Shown here: one piece after another, positions 37,939 to 48,515 of the stretch
How the letters are laid out: the number at the start of each line of letters is the position of its first letter
Numbering within the stretch: the first letter of the stretch is position 1
Assembly (NCBI GenBank): GCA_965215195.1
Contig: CBDCDC010000002.1
Coordinates: 1,984,001-2,048,000, forward strand
DNA from: Candidatus Latescibacterota bacterium
GTDB lineage: Bacteria > Latescibacterota > UBA2968 > UBA8231
Reading direction: 5' to 3'
Length of the DNA: 64,000 nt
The notes under the pieces: model-generated
Databases searched by the model: none
What the model saw: the letters and a program-made list of their open reading frames with translations, nothing else
What the model was told of the DNA's origin: nothing
Translations under genes and position numbers: made by a program

Positions 37939-40936
37939 ACGCGGACTAGAACGCCTCATCTGCACCACCCTGACCGGCTCGCCCTGCGACCCAGATGCCG
38001 GGCCTGTCGGCGAGGTTGGCGAGCGACCGGCCACCTACGGCGTCGGCTGGCTCTGCGGTGCGCCCGAAGACTACGACCGCGAGTACTGCGTGGACTTGGC
38101 ACAACTTGCAGCTTTTCTAAGAGCGACGCAGGCCGAGGCAGCCGAAGCACTTGACCTCAACCAAAACAGCCCGACCCGGCGCAAGTTTCTGGCCCGACTT
38201 CAAAGCGAGATCAGCAAGCGCGGCACTATTGACGTACTACGCAGCGGCGTCAAGCACGGGCCACGCCACTTCGACCTGTTCTACGGTACGCCCTCGCCGG
38301 GTAACGAGAGGGCTAAGGTGCTCTATGGGCAAAACCGCTTCTCGGTTACGCGGCAATTGCGTTACAGTCGCGCCGAGAGGGGCCTTGCGCTCGATCTATG
38401 CCTCTTCATCAATGGACTGCCAGTGGCCACCTTTGAGCTGAAAAACAGCCTCACCAAGCAGACAGTCGCGGACGCAGTACAGCAGTACAGAAACGACCGC
38501 AACCCACGCGAGCGGCTCTTTGAGTTCGGCCGCTGTCTAGCGCATTTCGCTGTAGATGAGCACGAGGTGCGCTTCTGTACGCACCTCAAGGGCAAGGCGT
38601 CGTGGTTTTTGCCCTTCAATCAAGGCTGGAACGATGGCGCGGGCAATCCGCCCAATCGGCACGGTCTCAAGACGGACTACCTGTGGAAACAGGTCCTCAC
38701 CCGCGACAGCCTGACGGACGTACTTGAAAACTATGCACAGATCGTCGAGACCAAAAAAGAAAAGACGGGGCGCAAAAAGCAGGAGCAAATTTGGCCGCGC
38801 TTCCATCAGCTCGATGTGGTGCGCCGGCTGCTGGCCGATGTCCGCGATAAGGGCGCGGGCCGGCGCTATCTGATCCAGCATTCGGCCGGTAGCGGCAAGT
38901 CCAACTCCATCGCTTGGCTTGCTCATCGACTGATCAACTTGGCAAAGGACGATGAGAGGGTATTCGACTCAATCATCGTCGTCACAGATCGACGCCTCCT
39001 CGACCAGCAAATCCGCGATACCATCAAGCAGTTTGCCCAAGTCAGTGCAACGGTGGGCCACGCCGGGCGTTCGGGCGATCTGCGCCAGTTTATCACTGAG
39101 GGCAAAAAGATCATCATCTCTACGGTGCAGAAATTCCCGTTCATCCTCGACGAGGTCGGCAGCGAACATCGCGGGCGCACCTTCGCCATTATCATCGACG
39201 AAGCGCACTCCAGCCAAGGCGGCCGAACATCTGCGAAGATGTCGCAGGTGCTCTCAGAGGCCGGGGAGGCGGAAGAGGACGAAACCGTTGAGGACAAGGT
39301 CAACCGGATGATGGAGGCCCGGAAACTGCTTTCCAACGCAAGCTACTTCGCCTTCACAGCCACGCCCAAGAACAAAACGCTGGAAATTTTTGGCACTCCG
39401 AAGCCGCAGGCCAACGGCGTGATCCGCCACCTGCCCTTCCATAGCTACACCATGAAGCAAGCAATACAGGAAGGCTTCATCTTGGATGTGCTCCGACACT
39501 ACGCGCCTGTCGAGAGCTACTACAAACTGGTCAAGAAAATTGAAGACGACCCCGATTTTGACACTAAACGCGCACAGAAAAAGTTGCGCCGCTATGTCGA
39601 AAGCCACGACTATGCGATCCGGCTCAAAGCCGAGATCATGGTGGATCACTTTCACGAGCAGGTGGCCCAGTGCCGCAAGGTCGGGGGCGCGGCGCGGGCG
39701 ATGGTGGTGACCGGCGGCATTGAGCGGGCGATTCAGTACTATCACGCGCTCTCCGAGTATCTAGTCGAGCGCAAAAGCCCTTATCGTGCCATTGTCGCCT
39801 TTTCGGGTGAGCACGAGTACGGTGGGCAGAAAATTACCGAGGCGTCGCTCAACGGCTTTCCGGCGATCCAGATCGCCGCCAAAATTCAGGAAGATCCGTA
39901 TCGCTTCCTAATCTGCGCCGATAAGTTTCAGACGGGGTACGACGAGCCGCTGCTGCATACCATGTACGTGGACAAGGTGCTCGCGGGTGTCAAGGCGGTG
40001 CAGACCTTGTCGCGCCTCAATCGCGCCCACCCGAAGAAGCACGACGTATTTGTGCTCGATTTCATCAACAAGACCGACATCATCCGCGAATCGTTTGCGC
40101 CCTATTACCGGACTACGATGCTCGCCGATGAGACCGACCCCAACAAACTGCACGATCTCAAGGCGGACCTCGATAGCTACCAAGTCTATGCTCCGGCGCA
40201 GATTGACCAGCTTGTAGAGCACTACCTCGGCGGGGCTAACCGCGACCGTCTCGACCCGATCCTCGACTCCTGCGTAGCGGCCTATCGCGAGCAGCTCGGC
40301 GAGGATGGCCAAGTGGACTTCAAGGCCAAGGCCAAGGCGTTTTTGCGTACCTATGGGTTCTTGTCCTCGATTCTCTCTTATGCCAACGCCGAGTGGGAGA
40401 AGTGCTCTATCTTTTTGGAATTTCTCATCCCTAAGCTGCCGGCCCCCATTGAGGAGGACTTGGCGAAAGGGATCCTCGAATCCATCGACATGGATAGCTA
40501 CCGCGTGGAGAAGCAGGCGGTAAAGAACATCCAGCTTGCTGACGAGGATGCCGAAATTGATCCGCTGCCGACCACGGGCGGTGCCCGCAAGTCGGTACCC
40601 GAACTCGACCGCCTTTCGCAGATCCTCAAGACCTTCAACGACTTATTCGGCAATATCTCGTGGACCGACACTGATCGCGTTCATAGATTGATCACCGAAG
40701 ACATTCCCAACCGCGTCGCCGCCGATGCGGCCTTCCAGAACGCTAGGAAGAATTCCGATGCACAAAACGCCCGCATCGAACACGATAAGGCACTGGTGCG
40801 CGTGATGACGGCCCTGCTCCAAGACGACGCGCAGCTCTTCAAGCAGTTTATGGACAACGAGGCGTTCCAGCGCTGGATGAAGGACGCGGTGTTTGGGCTG
40901 ACCTATGCACCTTCCGCAGACGCTGAAGCTATCTAA
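37919..40936 (+). CDS. hsdR: Type I RM restriction subunit
   Basis: LDL.LFINGLP.ATFELKN, QHSAGSGKS, IIDEAHSSQ, FTATPK, KFQTGYD, QTLSRLNR; in-frame ATGs at 37907 and 37919. Confidence 0.95.
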   Translation: MPTDTTERGLERLICTTLTGSPCDPDAGPVGEVGERPATYGVGWLCGAPEDYDREYCVDLAQLAAFLRATQAEAAEALDLNQNSPTRRKFLARLQSEISKRGTIDVLRSGVKHGPRHFDLFYGTPSPGNERAKVLYGQNRFSVTRQLRYSRAERGLALDLCLFINGLPVATFELKNSLTKQTVADAVQQYRNDRNPRERLFEFGRCLAHFAVDEHEVRFCTHLKGKASWFLPFNQGWNDGAGNPPNRHGLKTDYLWKQVLTRDSLTDVLENYAQIVETKKEKTGRKKQEQIWPRFHQLDVVRRLLADVRDKGAGRRYLIQHSAGSGKSNSIAWLAHRLINLAKDDERVFDSIIVVTDRRLLDQQIRDTIKQFAQVSATVGHAGRSGDLRQFITEGKKIIISTVQKFPFILDEVGSEHRGRTFAIIIDEAHSSQGGRTSAKMSQVLSEAGEAEEDETVEDKVNRMMEARKLLSNASYFAFTATPKNKTLEIFGTPKPQANGVIRHLPFHSYTMKQAIQEGFILDVLRHYAPVESYYKLVKKIEDDPDFDTKRAQKKLRRYVESHDYAIRLKAEIMVDHFHEQVAQCRKVGGAARAMVVTGGIERAIQYYHALSEYLVERKSPYRAIVAFSGEHEYGGQKITEASLNGFPAIQIAAKIQEDPYRFLICADKFQTGYDEPLLHTMYVDKVLAGVKAVQTLSRLNRAHPKKHDVFVLDFINKTDIIRESFAPYYRTTMLADETDPNKLHDLKADLDSYQVYAPAQIDQLVEHYLGGANRDRLDPILDSCVAAYREQLGEDGQVDFKAKAKAFLRTYGFLSSILSYANAEWEKCSIFLEFLIPKLPAPIEEDLAKGILESIDMDSYRVEKQAVKNIQLADEDAEIDPLPTTGGARKSVPELDRLSQILKTFNDLFGNISWTDTDRVHRLITEDIPNRVAADAAFQNARKNSDAQNARIEHDKALVRVMTALLQDDAQLFKQFMDNEAFQRWMKDAVFGLTYAPSADAEAI

Positions 40937-40950
40937 CCCAAGGAGCGAAT

Positions 40951-41382
40951 ATGATCCTAAGAAAACTGTTGTTCGGCCCCCCTCCCTCGGCCGGCATTGG
41001 CTACTCACTGGGGCTACTGCTGTTGAGGGTGACCGTCGGTGGCATGATGCTGGCCGGTCACGGCTGGGGCAAGTTGACCAGCTTTGCGGAGCGTTCTTCC
41101 TCGTTCCCCGACCCCTTGGGCATCGGATCGTCCCTGAGCATGGCCTTGGCCACCGGTGCCGAAGCATTTTGCGCCCTAGCGGTGATTTTGGGATTCGCCA
41201 CCCGCTGGGCTGTCGTGCCGCTCATGGTCACCATGCTAGTGGCCGCGCTTATCGTACACGGGGACGATCCTTGGGCGAAAAAGGAATTCGCCCTATTGTA
41301 CTTTTTCCCCTTTGCCGCGTTGCTTCTAACGGGCGCGGGGTGCTACTCCCTCGACGCCTTCTTCCGGCGCGGGGCGCGTTAA
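40951..41382 (+). CDS. DoxX family membrane protein
   Basis: LLLLRV..G.MM..HG..K, FPDPLGIG, GAGCYSLD. Confidence 0.9.
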   Translation: MILRKLLFGPPPSAGIGYSLGLLLLRVTVGGMMLAGHGWGKLTSFAERSSSFPDPLGIGSSLSMALATGAEAFCALAVILGFATRWAVVPLMVTMLVAALIVHGDDPWAKKEFALLYFFPFAALLLTGAGCYSLDAFFRRGAR

Positions 41383-41616
41383 GAAGCGGTCTGAAAATTC
41401 CGCGAACCGTCCCTTGTGTGCAGCAAACAATCTAGGAGCGAGGGCGGCTCGCCCTCAAAAAACGCCCCATCCGAAGGCGTCTCGCCCTCGAAAAACGCCC
41501 CATCCGAGGGCCTCTCGCCCTCGAAAAACGCTCCCTCCGAGGGCCGCTTGACCGCTACTCAACGCGGTCCGACAGGGGTTTGTCACGCCTAAAGGCGCGG
41601 TGAAGCAGACGGCTTC
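41383..41616. mobile_element. MITE family B, flanked by TTAA, with internal ~33-bp tandem repeats
   Basis: TTAA-GAAGCGGTCTG ... CAGACGGCTTC-TTAA; three copies of ctcgccctc(g)aaaaacgccccatccgag; inverted partial copy at 51780-51956. Confidence 0.8.
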
Positions 41617-41673
41617 TTAAGCTTGTACCGCCCAAAGTCGGCGTATATCCAGACAGCTTCTACGTTCCCGACC

Positions 41674-42849
41674 TTACAGAATGTCGGGCGACTGCGGATC
41701 GATGCAGGCACCGCTGGGCCGCGGCCCCCGGGGCCGCTGCGGCATCTGATCGTAAGACTGGTACGCGATGTCTAGGTAAGGCGTGTCGACGCGGCCGTGC
41801 CCTTCGTAGCGCGAATTCATGGCCGCGTCAATAACCCCGGTCGTCAGCAAGGTGCGCTCGGGCGGATACGGGGCCTGACTCGTTTTGAAAAACTGCTCGA
41901 TGTTGCGGCACAAGTAGCCGAAATGGGCAAACGGCCCCTCGTTCTGCAAGTAGAACTCCGCGGCCTGCACCTGCCCGCCTATCCGCGCAGCATAGGCGAA
42001 GTCGCTGACATAGCCGTTGAGCATCAAAGTCGCCGTGCGCAAGCCGTCGCAGTGTTCCATGAGGAAGACGGCCGGCTCTTTGGAATGCTCCTCCATCGTC
42101 CCAGCCGGCTTCTTGGCAATGGCAGCGCAAGCGGCCTCGGCCAGCTCCCCAGACCACAGCCCCTCGTCGCGGGCGCGCCATACGTCGTCCCCTTCGAGGC
42201 ACTGCACCCACGCCACTCCCTGCTCGCCGCCGTTCCGCCGCTCAACCATGCACTGCAAGGTCTCTAAGGCGTGATACCCGTATGCCTCAATGCCGCCGTA
42301 GCCGATGGATAGGGCTTGCTCAATGGGCGTCTCCTTGGGGTGCTCCAGCCAAGGGGAGCGCCAAGCCAAGGGCAGCGACGACCCGGCCATCAGCGGGATG
42401 CCCAGTTCTCCAGCCCGATCCCACATCCACTGGGCGTCCCTAAAGTCATACGCTAAATGCTTATCTGAAAATACGGGCACCGAGCGGCCGCTCTCGGCAA
42501 AGACGCCGGCGATTTGCTCAAAGAAATAGCGGCGCGGGTACATGTGGCGGCCCCGCTCGTTCCAAGGGTAGTCGCCGTGCTCACCGATGAGCAGCACCGC
42601 ATCTACATTGAGCCGGTCGGCACCAGCGTGCAGGGCGCGGCGGATGCTGGGATAGATGGGCACCCCGTACTCTTGGGCCAAGCCCACGCCGATATCGCTT
42701 TCCAGCACATGGTCGATATACAAGGATACTAGGTCCACTTCCGGCGGCATCAGGCCCTCGTCCGTGGACATGCCTTTCATAAACTTGGTGGCAATGACGT
42801 CGGCATGGGATTTGGCATAGTAAATGGTGGCGATGGCGGCTACTCTCAT
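41674..42849 (-). CDS. Conserved hypothetical protein, Gfo/Idh/MocA-like oxidoreductase fold
   Basis: VDAVLLIGEHGDYP, PVFSDKHL, PLMAGSS, YGYHALE. Confidence 0.6.
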   Translation of the reverse strand: MRVAAIATIYYAKSHADVIATKFMKGMSTDEGLMPPEVDLVSLYIDHVLESDIGVGLAQEYGVPIYPSIRRALHAGADRLNVDAVLLIGEHGDYPWNERGRHMYPRRYFFEQIAGVFAESGRSVPVFSDKHLAYDFRDAQWMWDRAGELGIPLMAGSSLPLAWRSPWLEHPKETPIEQALSIGYGGIEAYGYHALETLQCMVERRNGGEQGVAWVQCLEGDDVWRARDEGLWSGELAEAACAAIAKKPAGTMEEHSKEPAVFLMEHCDGLRTATLMLNGYVSDFAYAARIGGQVQAAEFYLQNEGPFAHFGYLCRNIEQFFKTSQAPYPPERTLLTTGVIDAAMNSRYEGHGRVDTPYLDIAYQSYDQMPQRPRGPRPSGACIDPQSPDIL

Positions 42850-42942
42850 GGTAAAGCTCCTATAGCGAAGGCGGCACTTGCTCCTGTGTACCGCAGACAG
42901 TGGAGGGAATTACAAGCGAAATCAAATCCGAAAAACGCCCGT

Positions 42943-43761
42943 TCAGGCCGCCCAGCATCCCTCCGCATAAGGCTCGCGGAGAAAGAGTCCTTTGCGCTGG
43001 GGACTGGCGCGCGCAATCCACTCGGGCGGAATCTCCTGAGTATAGCGATGCGGCGGCCCGGCTTCTTTGAAGATGTCGATGTTGAAGATGCGATAGGGCT
43101 GGGGGGAGTCCGCGGGTTTGGCTTCGACGGCGTGGAAAATCCGGGCGTTGATATAGACCATGCTGCCCGGAGGCACTGCGAGCCGTACCTCTTTTAGCTC
43201 GCGCCCGGCCTCTGCGTCGTAGGCCCCGGCCAACATACGCTCAGGCGTGGCCTCTGCGGTCGGGGCGACGAGGTGGCTGCCGGGAATGACCTTGAGGTTG
43301 CGGTCGCCAAGTGTGAAGCCATTGGGATAGTAGAGAATTTGGATGTAGTACTTGTCGCGCTCGGCGAGGTTGATGGGGTTTTCGTGCTTCCAGTGGTGGT
43401 GATCTTGGTGGTAGGGAATGGGGCCTAGGCCGCGCGGGGCGAGGTTGAGAGCGGAGTGGCAGAAGTGGTAGTTTGGACCGATGGTGGCTTGCAGCAGCGC
43501 GGTGACAAAGGGATCGTCAATGAGGCGGTCGCCGCACGGGCCGCGGTCGTTCCAAGGGCGGACGAAGTAGGATTGGGGCGCGGCGGATTTTTCGTCCAAG
43601 GCGTCGAGATAGCGGCGCACCGAGTCGAGGCCGAGGATTTCGTTGGTTAGGTTGCGCCGTGCCTCGTCCTTGAGTACGTCCGAGTAGAAGATGTAGCCGT
43701 CTTGGTGGAAGGAGTCCAAGTCGGCTGCGGAGGGGGCTAGGCGGCGAAATAGTGAGTTCAT
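42943..43761 (-). CDS. Phytanoyl-CoA dioxygenase family protein
   Basis: FHQDGY, YHQD, VIPGSH, PGS.....ARIFH. Confidence 0.85.
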   Translation of the reverse strand: MNSLFRRLAPSAADLDSFHQDGYIFYSDVLKDEARRNLTNEILGLDSVRRYLDALDEKSAAPQSYFVRPWNDRGPCGDRLIDDPFVTALLQATIGPNYHFCHSALNLAPRGLGPIPYHQDHHHWKHENPINLAERDKYYIQILYYPNGFTLGDRNLKVIPGSHLVAPTAEATPERMLAGAYDAEAGRELKEVRLAVPPGSMVYINARIFHAVEAKPADSPQPYRIFNIDIFKEAGPPHRYTQEIPPEWIARASPQRKGLFLREPYAEGCWAA

Positions 43762-43796
43762 GGCGACCTCGTTGCTTTATTTGTCAATGAATTCTA

Positions 43797-45014
43797 GTAT
43801 CTATTGACACTTAAAATTTTGGGTAAAGCCGTTTCAGTTTAATGCGCGCATCATCGGTGGTAAACCGCCAGTCCACGGCTTTCTGGTTTTCGTTGCGTGC
43901 CTGTTCCCAAGCGTGGGTTTCCGCCTTCAAGGTCTCTTCATCGGGTATGCGCGCATTTAGACATTGCTGGGACAAAATGCGCAACTCAATTTCAGCGATA
44001 TTGAGCCAACTGCCATGTTTGGGGGTGTAATGCAACTCAAGTCGTCTAACTAACCGGCGCGCTTGGGCCGGTTCAAACGCTTCATACAAAGCGGCAATCG
44101 TGTGCGTGTTGAGATTATCACACACCACCAAGACCACTTCAGCATCTGGATAATCCACCTCCAATAGCTCTTTGATTTCAAAAGCCCAGTCCACAGCGGT
44201 CTTGCGTGAGCGCACATTGACCTTGCGCCAACCGGCCAAGGGGTCTGTAAACAGAAAATTGACCGCTGTGCCATTGTGCGCGTATTCGTAATCATACCGT
44301 TGGGGGTGTCCAGGCCGTGCGGGCAGCGGGATACGGGTTTCTCCAATCAACTGGATGGGCTGCTCATCCATGCACACCCAAGGCCTTTTCGGATCGTAGG
44401 GCCGATGATACAGATCCAGAACATCTTCCATGCAGGCTACAAAGGCTGCATTTTGTTCAGGTGGAATCACCCAACAGGTACGCAGATGCGGCTTCAATTC
44501 GTTTTTTTTAGCGTCCGTCCCACCGTGCGATACGAAATGGAGTCCACCACGTTGAGTTCGACCAACGTGTCGGCCAGTAACTCCAATGTCCAGCGGTTGC
44601 GTCCTTCGGGGGGATGGCTACAAGCCAGCGCGATCAAACGGGCTTCACCGGCTCCATCCAGAATCTTCTCGCGGGGCGGCTGTACGCGCTTTTTACGTTC
44701 TAAGGCCGCCTGCATCCCGTGCTCTACAAAACGTTTCCGAACGTTTTCGACGGTGACTCTATGGCAGGCGAATGCTTCCGCAATAGCCCTATCTGTCCAG
44801 CAGGGCCCTGCTGCATCGGCTTTCAAAAGTATATTCGCGTGTTTGATCTTGTAGGCTGGGGCGTGACCTGTGCTGACCAGAGCTTCTAACTGCTGACGCG
44901 CTTCGTCGGGGAGACGCACGATATATTTCTTCATATCTAGACTCCTCAGGTATCAGTTCGCGCTGGAGATTCGACATGAATATCGCATCCATAACTTTAG
45001 TTGTCAAAAGACAC
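43797..45014 (-). mobile_element. IS630-family insertion sequence, apparently complete
   Basis: TIRs GTATCTATTGACA and GTGTCTTTTGACA (reverse complement of right end), TA on both sides (CTAG context); two transposase ORFs inside. Confidence 0.92.
43811..44934 (-). CDS. IS630 transposase: HTH ORF plus DDE ORF joined by a probable -1 frameshift
   Basis: ORF1 MKKYIVRL...RWTL.LLAD...LKKTN; ORF2 CMDE, VCDNL.TH, HYTPKHGSWLN.AE; A8 slippery run (T-run 44502-44509 on +). Confidence 0.9.
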
Positions 45015-45078
45015 TAGTGTGCTGTGCGCTCTCTCGCAACCTATCCTCGTGCTGCTATGAATTGTGCCCATTAAAGCC

Positions 45079-45135
45079 TTGACAGAGGCGCATCCTTCGT
45101 CCAATTTAGGGATAAAAGCCATATTAGCTAATATG
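45079..45135 (+). promoter_or_regulatory. TTGACA element and perfect 16-bp palindrome (candidate operator)
   Basis: TTGACA at 45079; CATATTAGCTAATATG at 45120-45135, upstream of RBS AGGAGA; the -10 box is weak. Confidence 0.55.
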
Positions 45136-45158
45136 AATAAATCAGGAGATGCGCTCGC

Positions 45159-45410
45159 ATGGAAACAAAAGTCATAACATCGACTGAAGCGCAAAATAAC
45201 TTTGGTCAGATAATAGACTCGGTCGTTCAAGATCGAACTCGGTACGTTGTCAAACGGCGCAATGTATCGCAAGCAATCATAATGAGTTTAGCGGATTTTG
45301 GCCAGTTGTTGGAGAACTCGTCTGACAGACAGAAGATGTGCGATATGATTGGCGAATTATCCCCAGTTTACAGTCTCGGCGAGACAATAGAGTCTTCTGT
45401 CAAAAAATAG
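45159..45410 (+). CDS. Phd/YefM-family antitoxin-like protein, no toxin present
   Basis: ITSTEAQNNFGQIIDSV....YVVKRRN...AIIMS..DF is the Phd N-terminal pattern. Confidence 0.8.
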   Translation: METKVITSTEAQNNFGQIIDSVVQDRTRYVVKRRNVSQAIIMSLADFGQLLENSSDRQKMCDMIGELSPVYSLGETIESSVKK

Positions 45411-45441
45411 GCTACTCATCTAAGCGGAGAAAGAGAAAGAA

Positions 45442-46758
45442 ATGGTATATGCAGTACAAGCTAAAACTGGGGAGGAATTAAATCGGATTTACGCGGAAGA
45501 TTTATCTATCCACGAATGGTATCGGTTTGTCCTTTCCTATCCGCCGCACTTGGTTCGTCGTTATATTGACATGTTTGGCCTGACAAAACGCCATTGGGTG
45601 CTGGACCCATTTTGTGGCACGGGAACAACTTTGGTTGAGTGCAAGAAGAATGGCATTCCGAGCACTGGCTTAGAGGCCAATCCCGTAGTACAGTTCGCCG
45701 CGCAAACTAAGGTTCTATGGGACATAGATCCCGATACTCTTGTTAGACATGCCAAGAATGTTGCTGAAGAAGTAGAGGTTCAATTGAAAAGGGAAGGTGT
45801 CGAGGATGATCCTCTTTTTAAGCCCTTTACCAACGGCAAAAAAATAGGTCTAACGCTATTAGAACCTGAACTAGAAGCATTGCTTATCAAAAATTCCATA
45901 AGCCCCAAACCCTTACATAAAACTCTCGCCCTCATAAATAACCTAAATAAAAAATCAGACGAACACCTAATTGCACACGAAAGGTTGGCACTTGCAAAAC
46001 AGTTAGTTTACAGCATCAGCAATTTGCGTTTTGGACCAGAAGTAGGAGTCGGGAGGCCGAAAGAAGATGCCCCGGTTATTGCACCTTGGTTAAAGGGCGT
46101 AAAAGACATGGCTAATGATTTGTGCCATACCCAAGTCAAGAGCCATAAAGCCGTACCATCGCTAGTAAAACTCACAGATTCGCGCAGGATAGATCCCTGC
46201 TTAGAACCTCTGACGTTCGACGCAGTTATAACCTCGCCGCCATACCCCAATGAAAAGGATTACACGAGAACGACTCGTCTTGAAGCTGTTTTACTTGGCT
46301 ACATAAACAACCGCGACGATCTACGACGACAAAAACAAAACTTGCTGCGGTCTAATAGCAGGGGAGTGTATAAAGCAGATACGGATGAATGCTGGGTTAA
46401 AGACAATGAACGCATACAAGAGCTGGCAGAACGGATAGAGGCGCGTCGGCTAGAACTAAAAAAAACGTCGGGATTCGAGAAACTCTACGCTCGCGTAGTA
46501 AGGTTGTATTTTGGAGGAATGGCACGTCATTTAGAAGAATTAAAGCAGGTTTTGGCACCGGGAGCCCAACTTGCTTATGTCGTCGGGGACCAAGCGTCTT
46601 TTTTTAGGATTTTAATCTGCACGGGAGAGCTTTTGGCTAATATAGCAGAAGACCTTGGCTATGAAGTAACGGGTATTGATTTATTTCGTACGCGATTTTC
46701 TACAGCGACTCAGAAACGCCTGCGAGAGGAGGTCGTTCTCTTGCGATGGAATAGTTAA
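45442..46758 (+). CDS. DNA methyltransferase, probably N4-cytosine (motif I before SPPY)
   Basis: HEWYRF..SY, VLDPFCGTGTT, ITSPPYPN..DY, YVVGD. Confidence 0.88.
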   Translation: MVYAVQAKTGEELNRIYAEDLSIHEWYRFVLSYPPHLVRRYIDMFGLTKRHWVLDPFCGTGTTLVECKKNGIPSTGLEANPVVQFAAQTKVLWDIDPDTLVRHAKNVAEEVEVQLKREGVEDDPLFKPFTNGKKIGLTLLEPELEALLIKNSISPKPLHKTLALINNLNKKSDEHLIAHERLALAKQLVYSISNLRFGPEVGVGRPKEDAPVIAPWLKGVKDMANDLCHTQVKSHKAVPSLVKLTDSRRIDPCLEPLTFDAVITSPPYPNEKDYTRTTRLEAVLLGYINNRDDLRRQKQNLLRSNSRGVYKADTDECWVKDNERIQELAERIEARRLELKKTSGFEKLYARVVRLYFGGMARHLEELKQVLAPGAQLAYVVGDQASFFRILICTGELLANIAEDLGYEVTGIDLFRTRFSTATQKRLREEVVLLRWNS

Positions 46759-47061
46759 TTATACCACTTCGGCGGCTTGGGGATCAGCGTATAGCGAGCC
46801 TGTCTTACAACGGAAGTGAGTTCCCTCTCGCAAAAAGTAACCTGCTTGCTTAGCAGCAAGGCTTCTCGCGTCTGAATTTCCCGACCGAGTAAGGTCCTTC
46901 ACAAAATTGTTTAGATTTGACGGAACTTGACCGCCTGTCGCCACAATCGCATTTCTTACGTCGTCGTGCGTAAATAGTATTTCCAGTTGCGGATTATCGG
47001 GGTCGTGTTTCCGGTTAAATATGTGTTCAAGTGCTTTGGACTTATTGTAATCGCTTCTCAT
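46759..47061 (-). pseudogene. Truncated probable cognate restriction endonuclease (N-terminal part only)
   Basis: 100 aa convergent ORF with RBS GGAGGT, low GC like the MTase, abutting the MTase stop; LEHIF..K...F...DV...SNL.NFVKD resembles REase N-termini; no catalytic core seen. Confidence 0.45.
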
Positions 47062-47077
47062 ATAGATTACACCTCCT

Positions 47078-48337
47078 TCATGCGGATGGTGGCTTCTGCG
47101 CCGTCGGTGGCGGCGCGAAGACGGCTCGCCAGCCCAGCCGGTTTAGACGCAAGTAATAAGACGCCGTCAGTACCCCCCACAACGCATACGCAATCGAAGT
47201 AGATAGAGCGGCACCCCGCAGCCCTAGCTTGGGGATCAACAATAGATTCAGGACCACGTTGGCCGCCAGAGCAATGCCCGGGGCCCAGAGGGTCATGGAG
47301 GGGTAGCCCTCGCCCATTAGCTTGGCGTTGAACACGGCCCCAAAACCCAAAAACAACATGCCGGGCAGCAGCCAAACAAGAGGTGCGTAGGCATCGGGAT
47401 ACAAAGGAAAGAAAACGCTCAGAAGTAGGCGTCCGCCGAAGATCAAGACAACGGCCGAAAGCAGGGAAAAGACAAAGATGCCTTGGGCCACGCCCAAAGA
47501 GAGCCGCGTGTCGTCTTGCCCGCGCACTATTTTGGCGAGCAGGATGACCGAGGCAATGTTGGCGACGCGCTGCATCATGTCCGTAAAGTTCGTCGCCACC
47601 CCGTACACGCCCACCTCCTCCTCGCCCAAAAAGCGCTCTATCAAAAAGAGGTCGCTCTTGAGCAGCAAAAAGATGAGCACTAAGCAGACCTCACCACGCG
47701 AACCAATGCGAAGCATTTGCCCGAGCGCGTGTCGCCCTCCCCACCGAAAGCGGAACCCCCGGTACAAGAATGGGACAAAAGCCGCCAAGGCCGTCGTCCC
47801 TACCGCCCCTACCCACACCCCCATCACCCGCTCCAACTCGAGGTGCCCTAGCTGGGAAAGGACTAGATTGCCGCCGAGATAGATGGCGATAAAGACTACG
47901 GGCAGCAGTGCGTAGGGCTTGAGCCGATCTTCACCTAACAAGACCGAGAACCCCGCCCTTTGTAGCACGGTGAACGCAATTACGCAAACGCCCAAGACCC
48001 ATTGGACCAAGGTAATACTGGGCACGAAGACCTTTGCGAGTGCTAGGCTAAAAGGGGCCGTCAGCAACAGGAGGGCACCCAAGACGAGGCCATACAACAA
48101 GGTGTGATTGATCGCGGCTTCCCGCGCTCGCTCGCGGCCCACGACGTACATGTTCCCCTTGCTGAGCCACTCCCCGAACAACAGGACGCCCAGCATGACG
48201 AGCGCAGTCCATAGCTTTAGGGTGCCATAGTGCTCTGGCCCTAGCTGATCGGCTAGCAGGACCGAGTTCACAAAGCCCAAAGAAAATACCAGAAAGGTAC
48301 AGGTTGTGTTGAGCGAAAAGCCGCGAAAAAAGTTCAT
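47078..48337 (-). CDS. Polysaccharide flippase (Wzx/MOP superfamily)
   Basis: LGPEHYG, D.FLI..FLG..EVGVY, NVVLNLLLIPKLGLRGAALSTSIAY. Confidence 0.88.
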   Translation of the reverse strand: MNFFRGFSLNTTCTFLVFSLGFVNSVLLADQLGPEHYGTLKLWTALVMLGVLLFGEWLSKGNMYVVGRERAREAAINHTLLYGLVLGALLLLTAPFSLALAKVFVPSITLVQWVLGVCVIAFTVLQRAGFSVLLGEDRLKPYALLPVVFIAIYLGGNLVLSQLGHLELERVMGVWVGAVGTTALAAFVPFLYRGFRFRWGGRHALGQMLRIGSRGEVCLVLIFLLLKSDLFLIERFLGEEEVGVYGVATNFTDMMQRVANIASVILLAKIVRGQDDTRLSLGVAQGIFVFSLLSAVVLIFGGRLLLSVFFPLYPDAYAPLVWLLPGMLFLGFGAVFNAKLMGEGYPSMTLWAPGIALAANVVLNLLLIPKLGLRGAALSTSIAYALWGVLTASYYLRLNRLGWRAVFAPPPTAQKPPSA

Positions 48338-48515
48338 TGAAATGGACGGCGGGTACTAAAGCGGCGACCGAGATGTTAGCACGCGAATACCCGGGGCATG
48401 GCGGCGAGGACTGCGGAGCGCAAGAGGTCGTGCGGCCGGCCGGCCGGAGTGGGGTCTTGCGATGCTTGCATAGATAAACCCCGCGCCGTTTCGACGCGGG
48501 GGTCTCCATTTCAGT

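Noticed and set aside
41448-41545. Three ~33-bp repeats resembling a CRISPR array
   Set aside because: Head-to-tail with no unique spacers, inside a MITE, and no cas genes.
44494-44510. IS630 transposase as a pseudogene
   Set aside because: A split at an A-run is the usual programmed frameshift arrangement in IS630; TIRs are intact.
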